Source: Candidatus Poseidoniales archaeon
GTDB taxonomy: Archaea; Thermoplasmatota; Poseidoniia; Poseidoniales; Poseidoniaceae
DNA length: 45,077 nucleotides
Assembly: GCA_009887255.1 (NCBI GenBank)
Contig: QXXW01000016.1
Coordinates: forward strand, 1-45,077
Reading direction: 5' to 3'
The notes below the pieces were generated by a model that did not search any database, was not told the DNA's origin, and was given only the letters and a program-made list of their open reading frames with translations. A program made the translations under genes and the position numbers. Shown one piece after another: positions 9,620 through 19,782 of this stretch. Numbering within the stretch: position 1 is the stretch's first letter; the number at the start of each line of letters is the position of its first letter.

Positions 9620-11847
9620 GAGAGATCCCCCCTGGCTGTGACGTCGAGCATGGAAAGCTGAAGGGTGAATTCAATGACTTCTCCGTTGGTATGCCAAACG
9701 GCTTCAGCCGTCCCGTAACTTGGATCTGGCACCCAGCCAACATAATCGGTGAGTAAATCCAACCTGCCCGGATAGATGGTCCAGTCTTCACTGGCATCAA
9801 GCCCAACAGCAGCGTGGTCGGCGATGGCGGTTCCATAGGGCGCACTCCAGCCCCGACGGATTTCAAAAGCAGGAGCCGAAGCCAAGGAACGTCGATTCAC
9901 CAATTCAATGTCCAAGTCCAGGGCCCCCCCGCCGCTGATGCTGTCACTGGTTGGATGGAGCGACGGCACGGTGGCTGCAAATCTTGGACCAGGACCGCCT
10001 CGGTCTGAGGGTGGTACGATGACGTAGGGGCGAAACTCGGGATGGTTTGTTAGCACAGCACCACCGCTGAAGGCCACTTCCATGCCTTCGACGGAGGAAC
10101 TGAACGTGTAGGCCAATCTCGACAGATGGAAGGCCCATACCGTGCCAACAACAGCATGTGTTTCCAAGTCCGCACCACCGATGACCTCGATTTCAACACT
10201 GGAGGGGTGTGCTCCGCGAATCCAGGCCTGCTCCACATCAACAGCACTCCGTCCACCCATGCGTTCCCATGGTAGGTCGGTGGTCAACCAACCACTTGCT
10301 TGGGTGCCCACCGTTGTGCATCGTTCCTCTCCGTCGTGGGGGAGTTGATGGACGCCGTGAGCTCCAGCGGCTCGGGTGAGCCGAAGTGGATGGCCATCAA
10401 TGACCTGCAAGCTGGTGTTGCCTTGAGCCAGTGCCAACGTACTGACTCGGTTGTCCCCCAGGAAGGATCCCGATGAATTGGTGGATCCGGTGGTGTTCCA
10501 TTCTGTGACATAGCCCACCAACTCCACCCGCAATTGTTCTGAAGTAGCATCGTCTTTGATGAACACAAATTCACCACCGGAAAGGGCACCGGTGTCATGC
10601 GCTGGTACAATGTGATGTCCAACAGCTGAGTTTGTGCTGCTCAAGTTGTCTTCTCCAGACCAGAGCATCATGAGCGCTCCGTCTGCGATCAACACAGGCG
10701 CCCCTTCGGTGTCTTCGGGGGGCCAAGAAACGTGCTCCAGGCCTCCAGGTTGAACAGAGATGCCACTTCCAGTCCATGTTGCTGTGACCACCTCCTCTCC
10801 TGGATTGGTCAGTCGCAAGGTCCCTGGCTGTGTTGGAGGGGTAAAGGTGGTCCCCGTGTATTGGCCCGTGCTGGAAGGCCATGGCGTGATACCAAGATCG
10901 GCACTGATGTTTCGAACAAACAACAGACGCGACGGAGCACTGGTGGTGATGTAAACCACAGAGGGATCTGTGATGTTTACAGGGGCCACAAACGAGGTTC
11001 CAGTTCGCATCGTGCCATCGGGCAGGGCGAAGCCGATTGATGTCTCATCCCCGATGTCAATCTGTATTTGGTTGGCCGTTTGGCTCAGCACTTCAACGGT
11101 GTGATGGCCTGCAGGCATGGGAACAGCCCAAGCGTGTCCTTTGTCGTCAACGGGTTGATGATCGTCCGGCAGCATAACAGTCGCTCCAGCTTCGCCTGTA
11201 AAGGCCAACACCGTGAGCTCATGGGTTGAATGGAGAACCAGGTCTTCGTTTGATGACAGCAAAATCTCGGTCAATTCGTCAACTCGCAATTCTCGTTCTT
11301 CAATCACATCAACGTCGTTGGACAGAATCAAGTCAACCGGGCCCAGGGGCATGGCAAGGCCGGGCAGGACCGATACAAGAACCGAGTCAAGGTTGTTGTC
11401 GAGCGTGTAGGCATACGGGCGATTGACACCTTGCCGCAAATCGGTGATGCAAACGGCTTCCACCGGCGATTCAGCATGGCGTATCTCGACTTCATCGTCA
11501 AAATCCAGCGCACCACGTGCTCTGAGTTCTTGACCCTCATGCCAGGTGGCGGAATACCACATTCCGCCTCTCAGGCTGTCCCAATCGAGGCTGCCATCAA
11601 CTGGAATCAACTCGGCAGAGGTGGAATCTCCGGGCATGCCTCGTTCGCTGAGGGCATTGGTTTGCGATGCCAACAGGGTCATCTGAGCCGACATGTCATG
11701 GCGCTCAACTGAACCTTCCATCTCTTCGATGACTGGCATCATTGACACCATCATCAGCCCAATGATGGACAAGACTCCACCGAACAGCAACACCGTGGCT
11801 ACCGCCGCCGATACCGCTTGCTCATCCCGGCGCATGGCGCCGTTCAT
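9616..11847 (-). CDS. Large type IV pilin-like protein (class III signal peptide, long beta-rich body)
   Basis: MRRDEQA/VSAAVATVLLFGGVLSIIGLMM resembles archaeal prepilin N-termini. ATGA overlaps on both sides. Confidence 0.75.
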   Translation of the reverse strand: MNGAMRRDEQAVSAAVATVLLFGGVLSIIGLMMVSMMPVIEEMEGSVERHDMSAQMTLLASQTNALSERGMPGDSTSAELIPVDGSLDWDSLRGGMWYSATWHEGQELRARGALDFDDEVEIRHAESPVEAVCITDLRQGVNRPYAYTLDNNLDSVLVSVLPGLAMPLGPVDLILSNDVDVIEERELRVDELTEILLSSNEDLVLHSTHELTVLAFTGEAGATVMLPDDHQPVDDKGHAWAVPMPAGHHTVEVLSQTANQIQIDIGDETSIGFALPDGTMRTGTSFVAPVNITDPSVVYITTSAPSRLLFVRNISADLGITPWPSSTGQYTGTTFTPPTQPGTLRLTNPGEEVVTATWTGSGISVQPGGLEHVSWPPEDTEGAPVLIADGALMMLWSGEDNLSSTNSAVGHHIVPAHDTGALSGGEFVFIKDDATSEQLRVELVGYVTEWNTTGSTNSSGSFLGDNRVSTLALAQGNTSLQVIDGHPLRLTRAAGAHGVHQLPHDGEERCTTVGTQASGWLTTDLPWERMGGRSAVDVEQAWIRGAHPSSVEIEVIGGADLETHAVVGTVWAFHLSRLAYTFSSSVEGMEVAFSGGAVLTNHPEFRPYVIVPPSDRGGPGPRFAATVPSLHPTSDSISGGGALDLDIELVNRRSLASAPAFEIRRGWSAPYGTAIADHAAVGLDASEDWTIYPGRLDLLTDYVGWVPDPSYGTAEAVWHTNGEVIEFTLQLSMLDVTARGDLS

Positions 11848-12905
11848 CCGCTCACCTCAATGCGTTGCAGGTCCATTTCAAGGTAGAGAGGTAAGCCTTG
11901 GTTGCTGACGGTAATGCCGTCGGATCCGCTCGCCCTTTCATAGGGTGTAAATCCAATGTACGTGTCAAGAGTTCCGGCGGCCCGCTGAACGGTGTAGTCG
12001 GTCAACCACGTGTCGTGGTACTGCGGGGTGACCACGGAGTGAAGGGCATTGAACACGTTAAACCGCACGTTGTATGCTTCACCTGTAAACAGCATCATGG
12101 GCCCTTGGGAAACAAATTCAATGCCGATGTTGCTGCCGCTTCCCACGGACCCTTCCGTAACCGCATCGGTCAGCAGGATGGAGAGGCGCAATTCATCGTT
12201 GGCCATCCTGTCAAATTCAACCATGGGCATCTGCGTCACGTCCCACGCTCCGTTCGGAAATCGCTCTCCACGGGCGTTGTTCATCAGCACGATATCATGC
12301 TGGCCTTGACCCAACGAGGTTGTGACTTGGAGTCCAGAAAGTGAAATGTCAACCGAACGATGCAACTGTTCTCCGATTTCATCGTACACCGTGACGATCA
12401 TCCAGTGGCTGGAATAGGCATCGTGTTCTATGAGAATTTCCTGATGGTCTGCCTCCAATGTGGCGTTGAACATCCCGTTTGGGTGCTCAATCGTGAGGCT
12501 TCGTGCGGTTTCATTGGCAGAGAGGAGGCCGATGACCGTATCGTTGACATGCCTCACATTGATCCGTTCGGTCGAGGTCAAATCTGCAGCAATGGTCCAC
12601 GTTTCCACGTTTTGAACCGACAGGATTGATGTGGATTGAATCGCCAACGTGTTCCTGAATCCTGTTCCATCTGGAGCATTTCCTGCAACTTGCAAACGGT
12701 CCTCCAGTCGGTCGGCAATCCCCGTTGCGGAATTCCAGTTGGTGTTGTCTTCAAAATCTGAGAGGTACGGGTTGAGAAACACCCACACCCCCCCCATGAT
12801 GGTAATCACCATGGCAAGAAGCATCACCACGCCGAGGACTTCACTTACACCACGCTCATCAGCATCCAGCCGTTGACGAGCGGTTTGACGGCGCCGGCGC
12901 ATCAC
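11844..12905 (-). CDS. Archaeal type IV pilin-like protein (Pilin_N/DUF1628-type N-terminus)
   Basis: DERG/VSEVLGVVMLLAMVITIMGGVW is a typical euryarchaeal class III signal peptide. Start overlaps the stop of the upstream MBL gene (GTG 12905 or ATG 12902). Confidence 0.82.
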   Translation of the reverse strand: MMRRRRQTARQRLDADERGVSEVLGVVMLLAMVITIMGGVWVFLNPYLSDFEDNTNWNSATGIADRLEDRLQVAGNAPDGTGFRNTLAIQSTSILSVQNVETWTIAADLTSTERINVRHVNDTVIGLLSANETARSLTIEHPNGMFNATLEADHQEILIEHDAYSSHWMIVTVYDEIGEQLHRSVDISLSGLQVTTSLGQGQHDIVLMNNARGERFPNGAWDVTQMPMVEFDRMANDELRLSILLTDAVTEGSVGSGSNIGIEFVSQGPMMLFTGEAYNVRFNVFNALHSVVTPQYHDTWLTDYTVQRAAGTLDTYIGFTPYERASGSDGITVSNQGLPLYLEMDLQRIEVSG

Positions 12906-13777
12906 GATTTGTCACACCTGTTGCTCTCATTTAGCCCTTGACCTTCATGCTCTGTTCGAACCGCCATTGCTTGTGGGGTTTGAATGCCATCGTGTTCGCC
13001 CCTGTCCGCTCCAATGTAGTGTGAAAATTCGGGTCCATCTTGGGTTGAGATGGTGAGGTCTCCCGAAAACACCTCCTCGATGTAGTACAGAACGGTGGAC
13101 TCAGCGATGTGGGGTTGGTTGTTTTTTTGACTCAAGTGGGTCAACACCACACTACGCGTGTCTTGGGTGCAAACTTCGGCCAAAAATTGGCCGGTTTGGT
13201 CGTTGGACAAGTGGCCTCCCGGACCGGATATTCGGTCCTTGAGTGACCGTGGGTACGGTCCGTTGAGCAATCGTCGTTCATCGTAATTCGCCTCAACGGA
13301 AATGTGTTCGCAGCCCCGAACATGACGAACGAGTTCGTCGGTGAACGTCCCGAGGTCGGTGATGATGGCGGCACGCTCACCATTGTGACTGGCCACGAAA
13401 GCCACGTTGTCGGAACCGTCATGGGGGACAGGAACCGGGAGGACGCTCAGGTCGTCACCGATGCGTATCAAATCCAGCGATTCAAAAAACGTGGTATGTT
13501 CTGGATTTAACCCCAGTTCCAGCGATGTTCTTTCGTTGGCGAGAACCTGAAGCTGCCATTTGTTCTGCACAACCGCAGCCCCCCCACCGTGGTCACCATG
13601 GTGGTGCGTAATCAACACGCAATCGATGTCTTCGGGAGAGAGGTTCATCAGTGCAAGTCGTTTTTTGAGTTGCACGCCACTGAAGCCCTGATCGATCAGC
13701 ACATTGACCTTCGGTGTGGAGAGCAGCGTGGCGTTGCCACGGCTTCCCGTCCCGAGGTGCGTGATGGTCATGGGCAT
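12902..13777 (-). CDS. Metallo-beta-lactamase-fold hydrolase, YycJ/WalJ-like
   Basis: LGTGSRGNA, IDQG, THHHGDH (HxHxDH), VPHD, TDLG, EANYD, GPYP, GHLSN and HLS-xx-NN, the YycJ-type motif series. Start revised from 13885 to ATG 13777 (or 13771). Confidence 0.88.
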   Translation of the reverse strand: MPMTITHLGTGSRGNATLLSTPKVNVLIDQGFSGVQLKKRLALMNLSPEDIDCVLITHHHGDHGGGAAVVQNKWQLQVLANERTSLELGLNPEHTTFFESLDLIRIGDDLSVLPVPVPHDGSDNVAFVASHNGERAAIITDLGTFTDELVRHVRGCEHISVEANYDERRLLNGPYPRSLKDRISGPGGHLSNDQTGQFLAEVCTQDTRSVVLTHLSQKNNQPHIAESTVLYYIEEVFSGDLTISTQDGPEFSHYIGADRGEHDGIQTPQAMAVRTEHEGQGLNESNRCDKS

Positions 13778-13927
13778 GCTTCTGTACCCAGCGCGGGAAC
13801 CACTTGAACACACCGCCCTGCTGGATGAATTAGCGATGATTTGAGGTCCATTTCCGTCAATTCGGTCAAAGGTGTGTATGAACATTGTTCCATCAGCCTC
13901 ATAAGCAAACTTTCCAAGAGAAAAAAG

Positions 13928-13942
13928 AGCGAAGTCTTCGCT
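13928..13942. promoter_or_regulatory. Perfect inverted repeat AGCGAAG-T-CTTCGCT in the divergent intergenic region (possible operator)
   Basis: 7-bp arms with a 1-nt spacer, ending 17 nt before ATG 13959, between the divergent MBL/pilin operon and the giant repeat-protein gene. Confidence 0.4.
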
Positions 13943-13958
13943 TTATGGGGTCACCGGC

Positions 13959-16900
13959 ATGCGACGAAGTCAAACCGCCTTGCTGACAACCATCGCTGTC
14001 GTGTCCAGTCTGCTGTTCATGTCACAATTCCCAGCCATCTCAAGTGTTGCCAACATCCACCCGGATGACACCGATGGCTCACCGCCCCCGAACACGGACT
14101 CTGATGGGGACATGATCCCCGATGTGCACGAAACCCTGTTCGAAGAATGGATGAACTGGACGGCTGTTGACGGAAGAGATGTTGTCATCAAAGGGTTGGA
14201 CAAAAACAACGCTTCCGATGCCTACGTGGACATTGATCGGGACGGATTGAACGCCACAGAAGAATTTTGCTGGCCATATCCGGCCAATTGCACACAACCA
14301 GGTTTTCCAAGAGGATTGACCGGGGAACTTGATGAAAACAACGATCGAATCTACCTTGACCCTCGGATGTCCGACACCGATGGCGATGGGATGCCAGATG
14401 GGTATGAAGCGTACATGTGCCAACGAATCGGGGGTTTTGACACGGCAACACTACGCTACTTGTGTCCCTCGTTCAACCCTTTGAATGCTTCCGACTTGAC
14501 CCTTGATGGCGACAACGACGGGTTTGATGTCGATCGGGACGGTATTATGACCCCTTCAGAGCGCTTTACGGCCCCAGAGGAGTACGCTCACGGGACCCCA
14601 GACACCTACACGCCGGAACTTGACGGGTTGTGGTGCCATGCCACACTGCCAGAAGGGTCATCGCTCAAGGTTTGGCCTTACATCCCAACGGGTGCTAACG
14701 CCACCTTCCAGAACCTTCTCCCTGCTTGCACCGGCAACGCTACATTCCCGGTGGGTGAAGATCTGTGGCTTGGTACGGACCCGCTTCTTGACGATTCAGA
14801 CCGGTACAACTGGGACGGTTTCTCTGTGCGCCCGCTCTACCCATCGTTCGGAGACGGCATCCCTGACGGTTGGGAGGCCCACTTCGGTCTCGATCCACTC
14901 AATCGGTCCAACGCCTTGCTCGATTCGGATCAAGACGGCTGGGATGCGAACAGAGACGGCTTCGTTTCCGCAGACCTTTCAAGAACCTCCACCGCCATGA
15001 CGCTGGGTGAGGCTCTTTCAACGCTTCAAGAGTATCTTGTTCACGAGGATGGAGGCAACACCGTATATCCCGGCCTCAAGAACACCGAACTGGGCACAGG
15101 CGGGGATGTCACTGTTCATCCGCTGATTTATGACAGCACCGAAAGCGACCCGTCCGTCCTTCACCACGACATCAGGTCTCTCGACCATTCCAACGGGGAG
15201 TTGTACGTGACCACACGCTACGGTGTGTCCATTATCGACCTCTCTGAGAACACTTCACGTCACTCGTCCATGGTCCAGGGTGTTGATGTCATGGACTCCA
15301 CTCTCCTGTCACGGGACGGTCAGCCCTACGCAATGGTCATGGCCACAAGCGTTGGGATGGTGGTTTCACCCCTTCTCGCCGATGGACAGTTGGCTGAAGC
15401 GTCCGATTGGACCTGGGCGCTTGGGCCGAAAATCACCGCCATGACCGTGCTTCATGGCACCGACGGTGACGCTCAATTGCTGGGATTGGGCCACGCAGGT
15501 GCAGGCATGGTCGTTGAGGTGGATGGCGCTGGTCAGTTGTCGGCAAGCCACGATGTCGGAACCGGCATCGTCGAAGCACTTGCCGCCGCCAACGCCTCCG
15601 TTACGGCTTTGGATCACGGGTCCGCAGCTGGAACGACAATCACCCTCTACGTGGGGACCGACCGGGGGATGCTGGTTGTTGACACCCCCTCCGCTCGCGA
15701 CGAAGCCACCGGAATCTGGCGTTTCTTTTACACCACTGAATCGGTGAGCATCACGGCCAACGTGGATGAACTTCGCCCTCTGCCCTTGGGCACCACAGGC
15801 AACCCTGCGGAAGTGCGAGATTTGGTGCTTGAAGGACCAAGTGAGAACAACGCTCAAGCGTTGTGGTTCGGTACGCCTTTCGGCCTTCACAAGATGAACC
15901 TCAACGATGGCACCATCTCTCACAGCGGCTTGCTCACCCATCCCGGGGTCGATGGTCAGTTGGCACGGGAGAGCAACAGTATCCGGAGCATCCACCCGAC
16001 TGGAGACGAACTTCTCATTGGTTCTTCTTGGGGTCTATGGGCCGTCGCAGGCGATTACACTGCTGTTTACGGGGTTCAGGATCAAACGTGGATACCTGGT
16101 GACATCACGACCGTTCTTTCGGTTGACGTTGAGGGCCAAACCACCGTGTTTGCGGGTTCTTCACCCGGTCAATATGCCAATCTCCGATTGATGGACCCTG
16201 GTGCGAACGATTCAGACGCCGATGGGATGCCCGACGGCTGGGAAGTCGTGCACGGCCTTGACCCCACGGATCCCTGGGACGCCCTCTATGACACGGACAG
16301 CGACGGTCTGGACCTCGATCAGAACGGCGACATGAACCTTGAACGCCTTTGGACCAACCTTGATGAATTTCGATACAGTGCCACCACGCCTCAAGGGTAC
16401 AACTCAACCGATCCAAGGGTGGGCGACACCGATGGGGACGGGCTGACCGACGGCTCAGAGTATTTCGGCTTCTTCTACGACGTCAGCACGTTATGGTGCC
16501 ATTACTCCGTTCAAATGGAATATATTTGCGACGATCCAGCTGGACAAGCAGCCAACGCCACGTACCTTGCCGTGGCCAACATTGACACTTCATTGGACCC
16601 AACAAACCACGATTCCGACCAAGATGGGATGCCAGACGGCTGGGAAATTGAACACCGACGTTGGGTAGGCTCGACCTTTAGCGGCGGCAACAACTGGACA
16701 CTGGATCCACTTCGCGCTGACGATGCAGCGTGGGATGCTGATGGGGATGGCTTGGCCAACCTGTGTGAATACCGATGGTCAATCGTTCGTGACATGGCAG
16801 CCAATGGTGACTTGTACGAAAGTCACGGGGAAGCCTCAGACTCAGCGGCGTTGTGGTCGGTAGCCGACCCCAACAACGTCGATTCTGACGGAGATACACT

Positions 16901-19712
16901 CCCTGACGGGTGGGAATCCAAAGGGTTGTGTTCTTGGGACCCGAGCCGACAGGGTGTCAACCCGTTGAACGGTTCGGACGCTTTCCAGAATCCGGACGGT
17001 GACGGATACGATGTCAACCGTGATGGTGTTCTTTCCCCCAACGAGTCGTTTGTGAACTATCTTGAGTACCACCTTAGAAGCGACCTCTTTTTGGGCAACG
17101 TCACCCTTGAAGGTGTGACACTTCCTGATGGATTCAACACCTCGTTGTTCAACAACATCGCCGCTCTTGGAGAACCCGAAGCCACCTTTGCCGCCCGCGC
17201 TTCCGGCTCGGTCACTGCGGGGTTGTCATCCTACAGTGTTGGCGCTTCGGACCCGCTCAGCGCCGACACCGATGAGGACGGCATGCCCGATGGTTGGGAA
17301 ATCTGGTTTGCACGTTGGGATCTCCTCTCCGATGAATGGACCCTCAACCCCCTTGACGCAGCCGATCGCTGGGGTGATGCAGACCAAGACGGCATGACGA
17401 ATTGGGAAGAGTACAACACCGTTGACCGCAACATGAGTGAAACGGATGCGAACCGTTCTTCTCCACAATGGTTCGTGACCACCATTGGTCAGGCATTTGC
17501 CATCCAACAATGGCCGGGAATCCCCACTTCTGACTCGTTTGGAACCTTTTTGACCACGGATCAGTACAACCTGACGGGTCCAACCTCCGACCCCAACAAC
17601 ATCGACACAGACGGCGATGGAATGCTCGACGGTGTTGAATTGCTCTTTACTGCTTGGAACAGCTCCGCACGCGTTTGGACACTCAATCCACTGGTTCCAG
17701 GAGACGGTGACTTTGACGGTGATGAAGACGGTCTAACCGATCGTCAGGAATTCGCCATCGCCATCGCACAACCTGACAACGGTGAATCTCACCCAAGCGA
17801 TGCCCCGCTTCTTCACATCGATGGAGATTTGCAACAGCCTACAGAAAAAGCACAACGGGTGTTCAATATCCTCATCTCAAAAGAAACGAGAGGGAAGCGA
17901 CTGTTGAACGATTTCAACGATTGGCAGCAAGGTGAACCTCCCAACGCTTTCCTTGAGGTTGTGTTGGGAATGACCGATCCAACCATCGCCGACACGGACA
18001 GCGATGGTATGTACGACGGTTTCGAATACTGGTTCACTTCATGGGATTTGGACGAAAACCGCTGGTCCATGAACCCGCTCATTGATAACGATGTCAACCT
18101 TGATTCTGATGGTGACAGTTATGATTGCAATCGTGACGGAACTGTCGATGCGAATGAGACGTTTTCAAACCTGCGTGAATGGGAATCAAGAACATGGGGT
18201 AAATACCTCAACAGGGACACGGTTCCTACTGCTTTGGGGATTGTTGATTTCGGAAAAGACGCTATGAACGCCTACGCAGAGGAATTGGGATATTCAGCGT
18301 TCCAGGCCCAACTTGCGCTTTACAACGACTTCGTTAGCAAAGGGACGTCCTCCATGGACAGAATGATGAAAATTAATGAATTCGACGCTGAAAACTTCAA
18401 CAGAAGCCTCCGGGGAGTTGCCGACCCAACCCACGCTGATTCCGACAACGATGGCATTCCCGACGGTTGGGAATACTGTTATGCCATATTCGGGATGGAC
18501 GATGCGTCCACCTTGACCCATTGGGCAGCCAATCCAATCAATCCTTGGGATGTTGGGTACGATGGTGATCGAGATGGCTGGTACGGTCGCACACCGTTTG
18601 ACATTCCCGCTACACAAGGTGGATGGGACAATCGAGAATTCACGCCCTCGGGGCAAGTCATCCAGAACGGTGAGGGAGACCTGCCGTTCACGAACGCCAT
18701 GGAATTTGACAACGACACCCGACCCGACCTCAACGACAGCGATGGAGACAGCACCACATACATCACGACAACCATCAACGGCGTGGTTCAATCTCATGTT
18801 AGAGATTACAACTACTCCGATGGCCGTGAAGTGTTCAAATACGGTTCAAACCCGAACGACAACGATACAGACGGTGACATGCTCCCGGATTGGTACGAAT
18901 ACAAAATGGCATGGAACGAGAGCAACGACAACTTCAGTTCCTATTTGGCGATACAGGTTGTTTGGATCGATGTTGGGACCGGTGGTCCCTGCACGGCAAC
19001 CACCGCTTCATGCTTGCCATTGTCTCAAGGTGACGGCGGAGTGCTTAGTCGCCCCGACCTTGCAATGGCTTGGTTCACATTGGACCCTGCGGACCCTGTA
19101 GATGCCAATCTTGACCCCGACCAAGACGGAAGATGGGATTGTTCTGGTGCAGGGGGGTGCCTCTACGAATCGTACACCAATTTCCAAGAGTTTTACGCCA
19201 TCACGACAAGCGATTATGCATCTCCAAATTCGGTTCGCTTGAGCGGGTTAACCTATCAGGGGTCCCCTGTGACGGAAGGTTGGCAATTCCGTGCTTCATT
19301 GCTCGGTCTCGGCCAGGCCAACGAATTGGTTCTCAACTATCTCAAACTTGACAAGTACGCCGGCATGGACCGCCAATACGGATACATTGTTGAAGACATG
19401 GACAGTGATTTCCTTACCGTTGACACGAGCGACGACGTTGTCCTTATGGCTGGCAATCGCACGGACCAATGGGACATATACTACGCCTCGTCACCGAACA
19501 CACCACCGATTCGCAACGTTGGTGAACACGAATTTGGATGGTACCTCCTCGACTTTGACAACGATCATCTCGCCGAGGGTAGCAACCCCATGAATTGGGA
19601 TACGGACGGCGATTGGATGAACGATTGGTTTGAGGTTCGAGACGATGAGGAAGACGGAGTTCGTGGCGATTCATCACCGATTCGTTACGACTCTCGACAA
19701 ACCAGTGCCTGA
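13959..19712 (+). CDS. Giant secreted acidic protein with bacterial thrombospondin-type-3-like Ca-binding repeats and an inserted beta-propeller
   Basis: N-terminal signal/anchor and roughly 25 DxDxDG motifs (e.g. DTDGDGMPDGYE, DSDADGMPDGWE). Central region has propeller-blade motifs (LYVTTRYG, LYVGTDRG, LWFGTPFG, LLIGSSWG). No C-terminal TM. Confidence 0.82.
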   Translation: MRRSQTALLTTIAVVSSLLFMSQFPAISSVANIHPDDTDGSPPPNTDSDGDMIPDVHETLFEEWMNWTAVDGRDVVIKGLDKNNASDAYVDIDRDGLNATEEFCWPYPANCTQPGFPRGLTGELDENNDRIYLDPRMSDTDGDGMPDGYEAYMCQRIGGFDTATLRYLCPSFNPLNASDLTLDGDNDGFDVDRDGIMTPSERFTAPEEYAHGTPDTYTPELDGLWCHATLPEGSSLKVWPYIPTGANATFQNLLPACTGNATFPVGEDLWLGTDPLLDDSDRYNWDGFSVRPLYPSFGDGIPDGWEAHFGLDPLNRSNALLDSDQDGWDANRDGFVSADLSRTSTAMTLGEALSTLQEYLVHEDGGNTVYPGLKNTELGTGGDVTVHPLIYDSTESDPSVLHHDIRSLDHSNGELYVTTRYGVSIIDLSENTSRHSSMVQGVDVMDSTLLSRDGQPYAMVMATSVGMVVSPLLADGQLAEASDWTWALGPKITAMTVLHGTDGDAQLLGLGHAGAGMVVEVDGAGQLSASHDVGTGIVEALAAANASVTALDHGSAAGTTITLYVGTDRGMLVVDTPSARDEATGIWRFFYTTESVSITANVDELRPLPLGTTGNPAEVRDLVLEGPSENNAQALWFGTPFGLHKMNLNDGTISHSGLLTHPGVDGQLARESNSIRSIHPTGDELLIGSSWGLWAVAGDYTAVYGVQDQTWIPGDITTVLSVDVEGQTTVFAGSSPGQYANLRLMDPGANDSDADGMPDGWEVVHGLDPTDPWDALYDTDSDGLDLDQNGDMNLERLWTNLDEFRYSATTPQGYNSTDPRVGDTDGDGLTDGSEYFGFFYDVSTLWCHYSVQMEYICDDPAGQAANATYLAVANIDTSLDPTNHDSDQDGMPDGWEIEHRRWVGSTFSGGNNWTLDPLRADDAAWDADGDGLANLCEYRWSIVRDMAANGDLYESHGEASDSAALWSVADPNNVDSDGDTLPDGWESKGLCSWDPSRQGVNPLNGSDAFQNPDGDGYDVNRDGVLSPNESFVNYLEYHLRSDLFLGNVTLEGVTLPDGFNTSLFNNIAALGEPEATFAARASGSVTAGLSSYSVGASDPLSADTDEDGMPDGWEIWFARWDLLSDEWTLNPLDAADRWGDADQDGMTNWEEYNTVDRNMSETDANRSSPQWFVTTIGQAFAIQQWPGIPTSDSFGTFLTTDQYNLTGPTSDPNNIDTDGDGMLDGVELLFTAWNSSARVWTLNPLVPGDGDFDGDEDGLTDRQEFAIAIAQPDNGESHPSDAPLLHIDGDLQQPTEKAQRVFNILISKETRGKRLLNDFNDWQQGEPPNAFLEVVLGMTDPTIADTDSDGMYDGFEYWFTSWDLDENRWSMNPLIDNDVNLDSDGDSYDCNRDGTVDANETFSNLREWESRTWGKYLNRDTVPTALGIVDFGKDAMNAYAEELGYSAFQAQLALYNDFVSKGTSSMDRMMKINEFDAENFNRSLRGVADPTHADSDNDGIPDGWEYCYAIFGMDDASTLTHWAANPINPWDVGYDGDRDGWYGRTPFDIPATQGGWDNREFTPSGQVIQNGEGDLPFTNAMEFDNDTRPDLNDSDGDSTTYITTTINGVVQSHVRDYNYSDGREVFKYGSNPNDNDTDGDMLPDWYEYKMAWNESNDNFSSYLAIQVVWIDVGTGGPCTATTASCLPLSQGDGGVLSRPDLAMAWFTLDPADPVDANLDPDQDGRWDCSGAGGCLYESYTNFQEFYAITTSDYASPNSVRLSGLTYQGSPVTEGWQFRASLLGLGQANELVLNYLKLDKYAGMDRQYGYIVEDMDSDFLTVDTSDDVVLMAGNRTDQWDIYYASSPNTPPIRNVGEHEFGWYLLDFDNDHLAEGSNPMNWDTDGDWMNDWFEVRDDEEDGVRGDSSPIRYDSRQTSA

Positions 19713-19782
19713 ACAGTGCTGATTCGTTTGACTGTGTCGGCGAACCGCATGGTTCAAAGTCTATGTTGGCCCTGTGTTGGTC

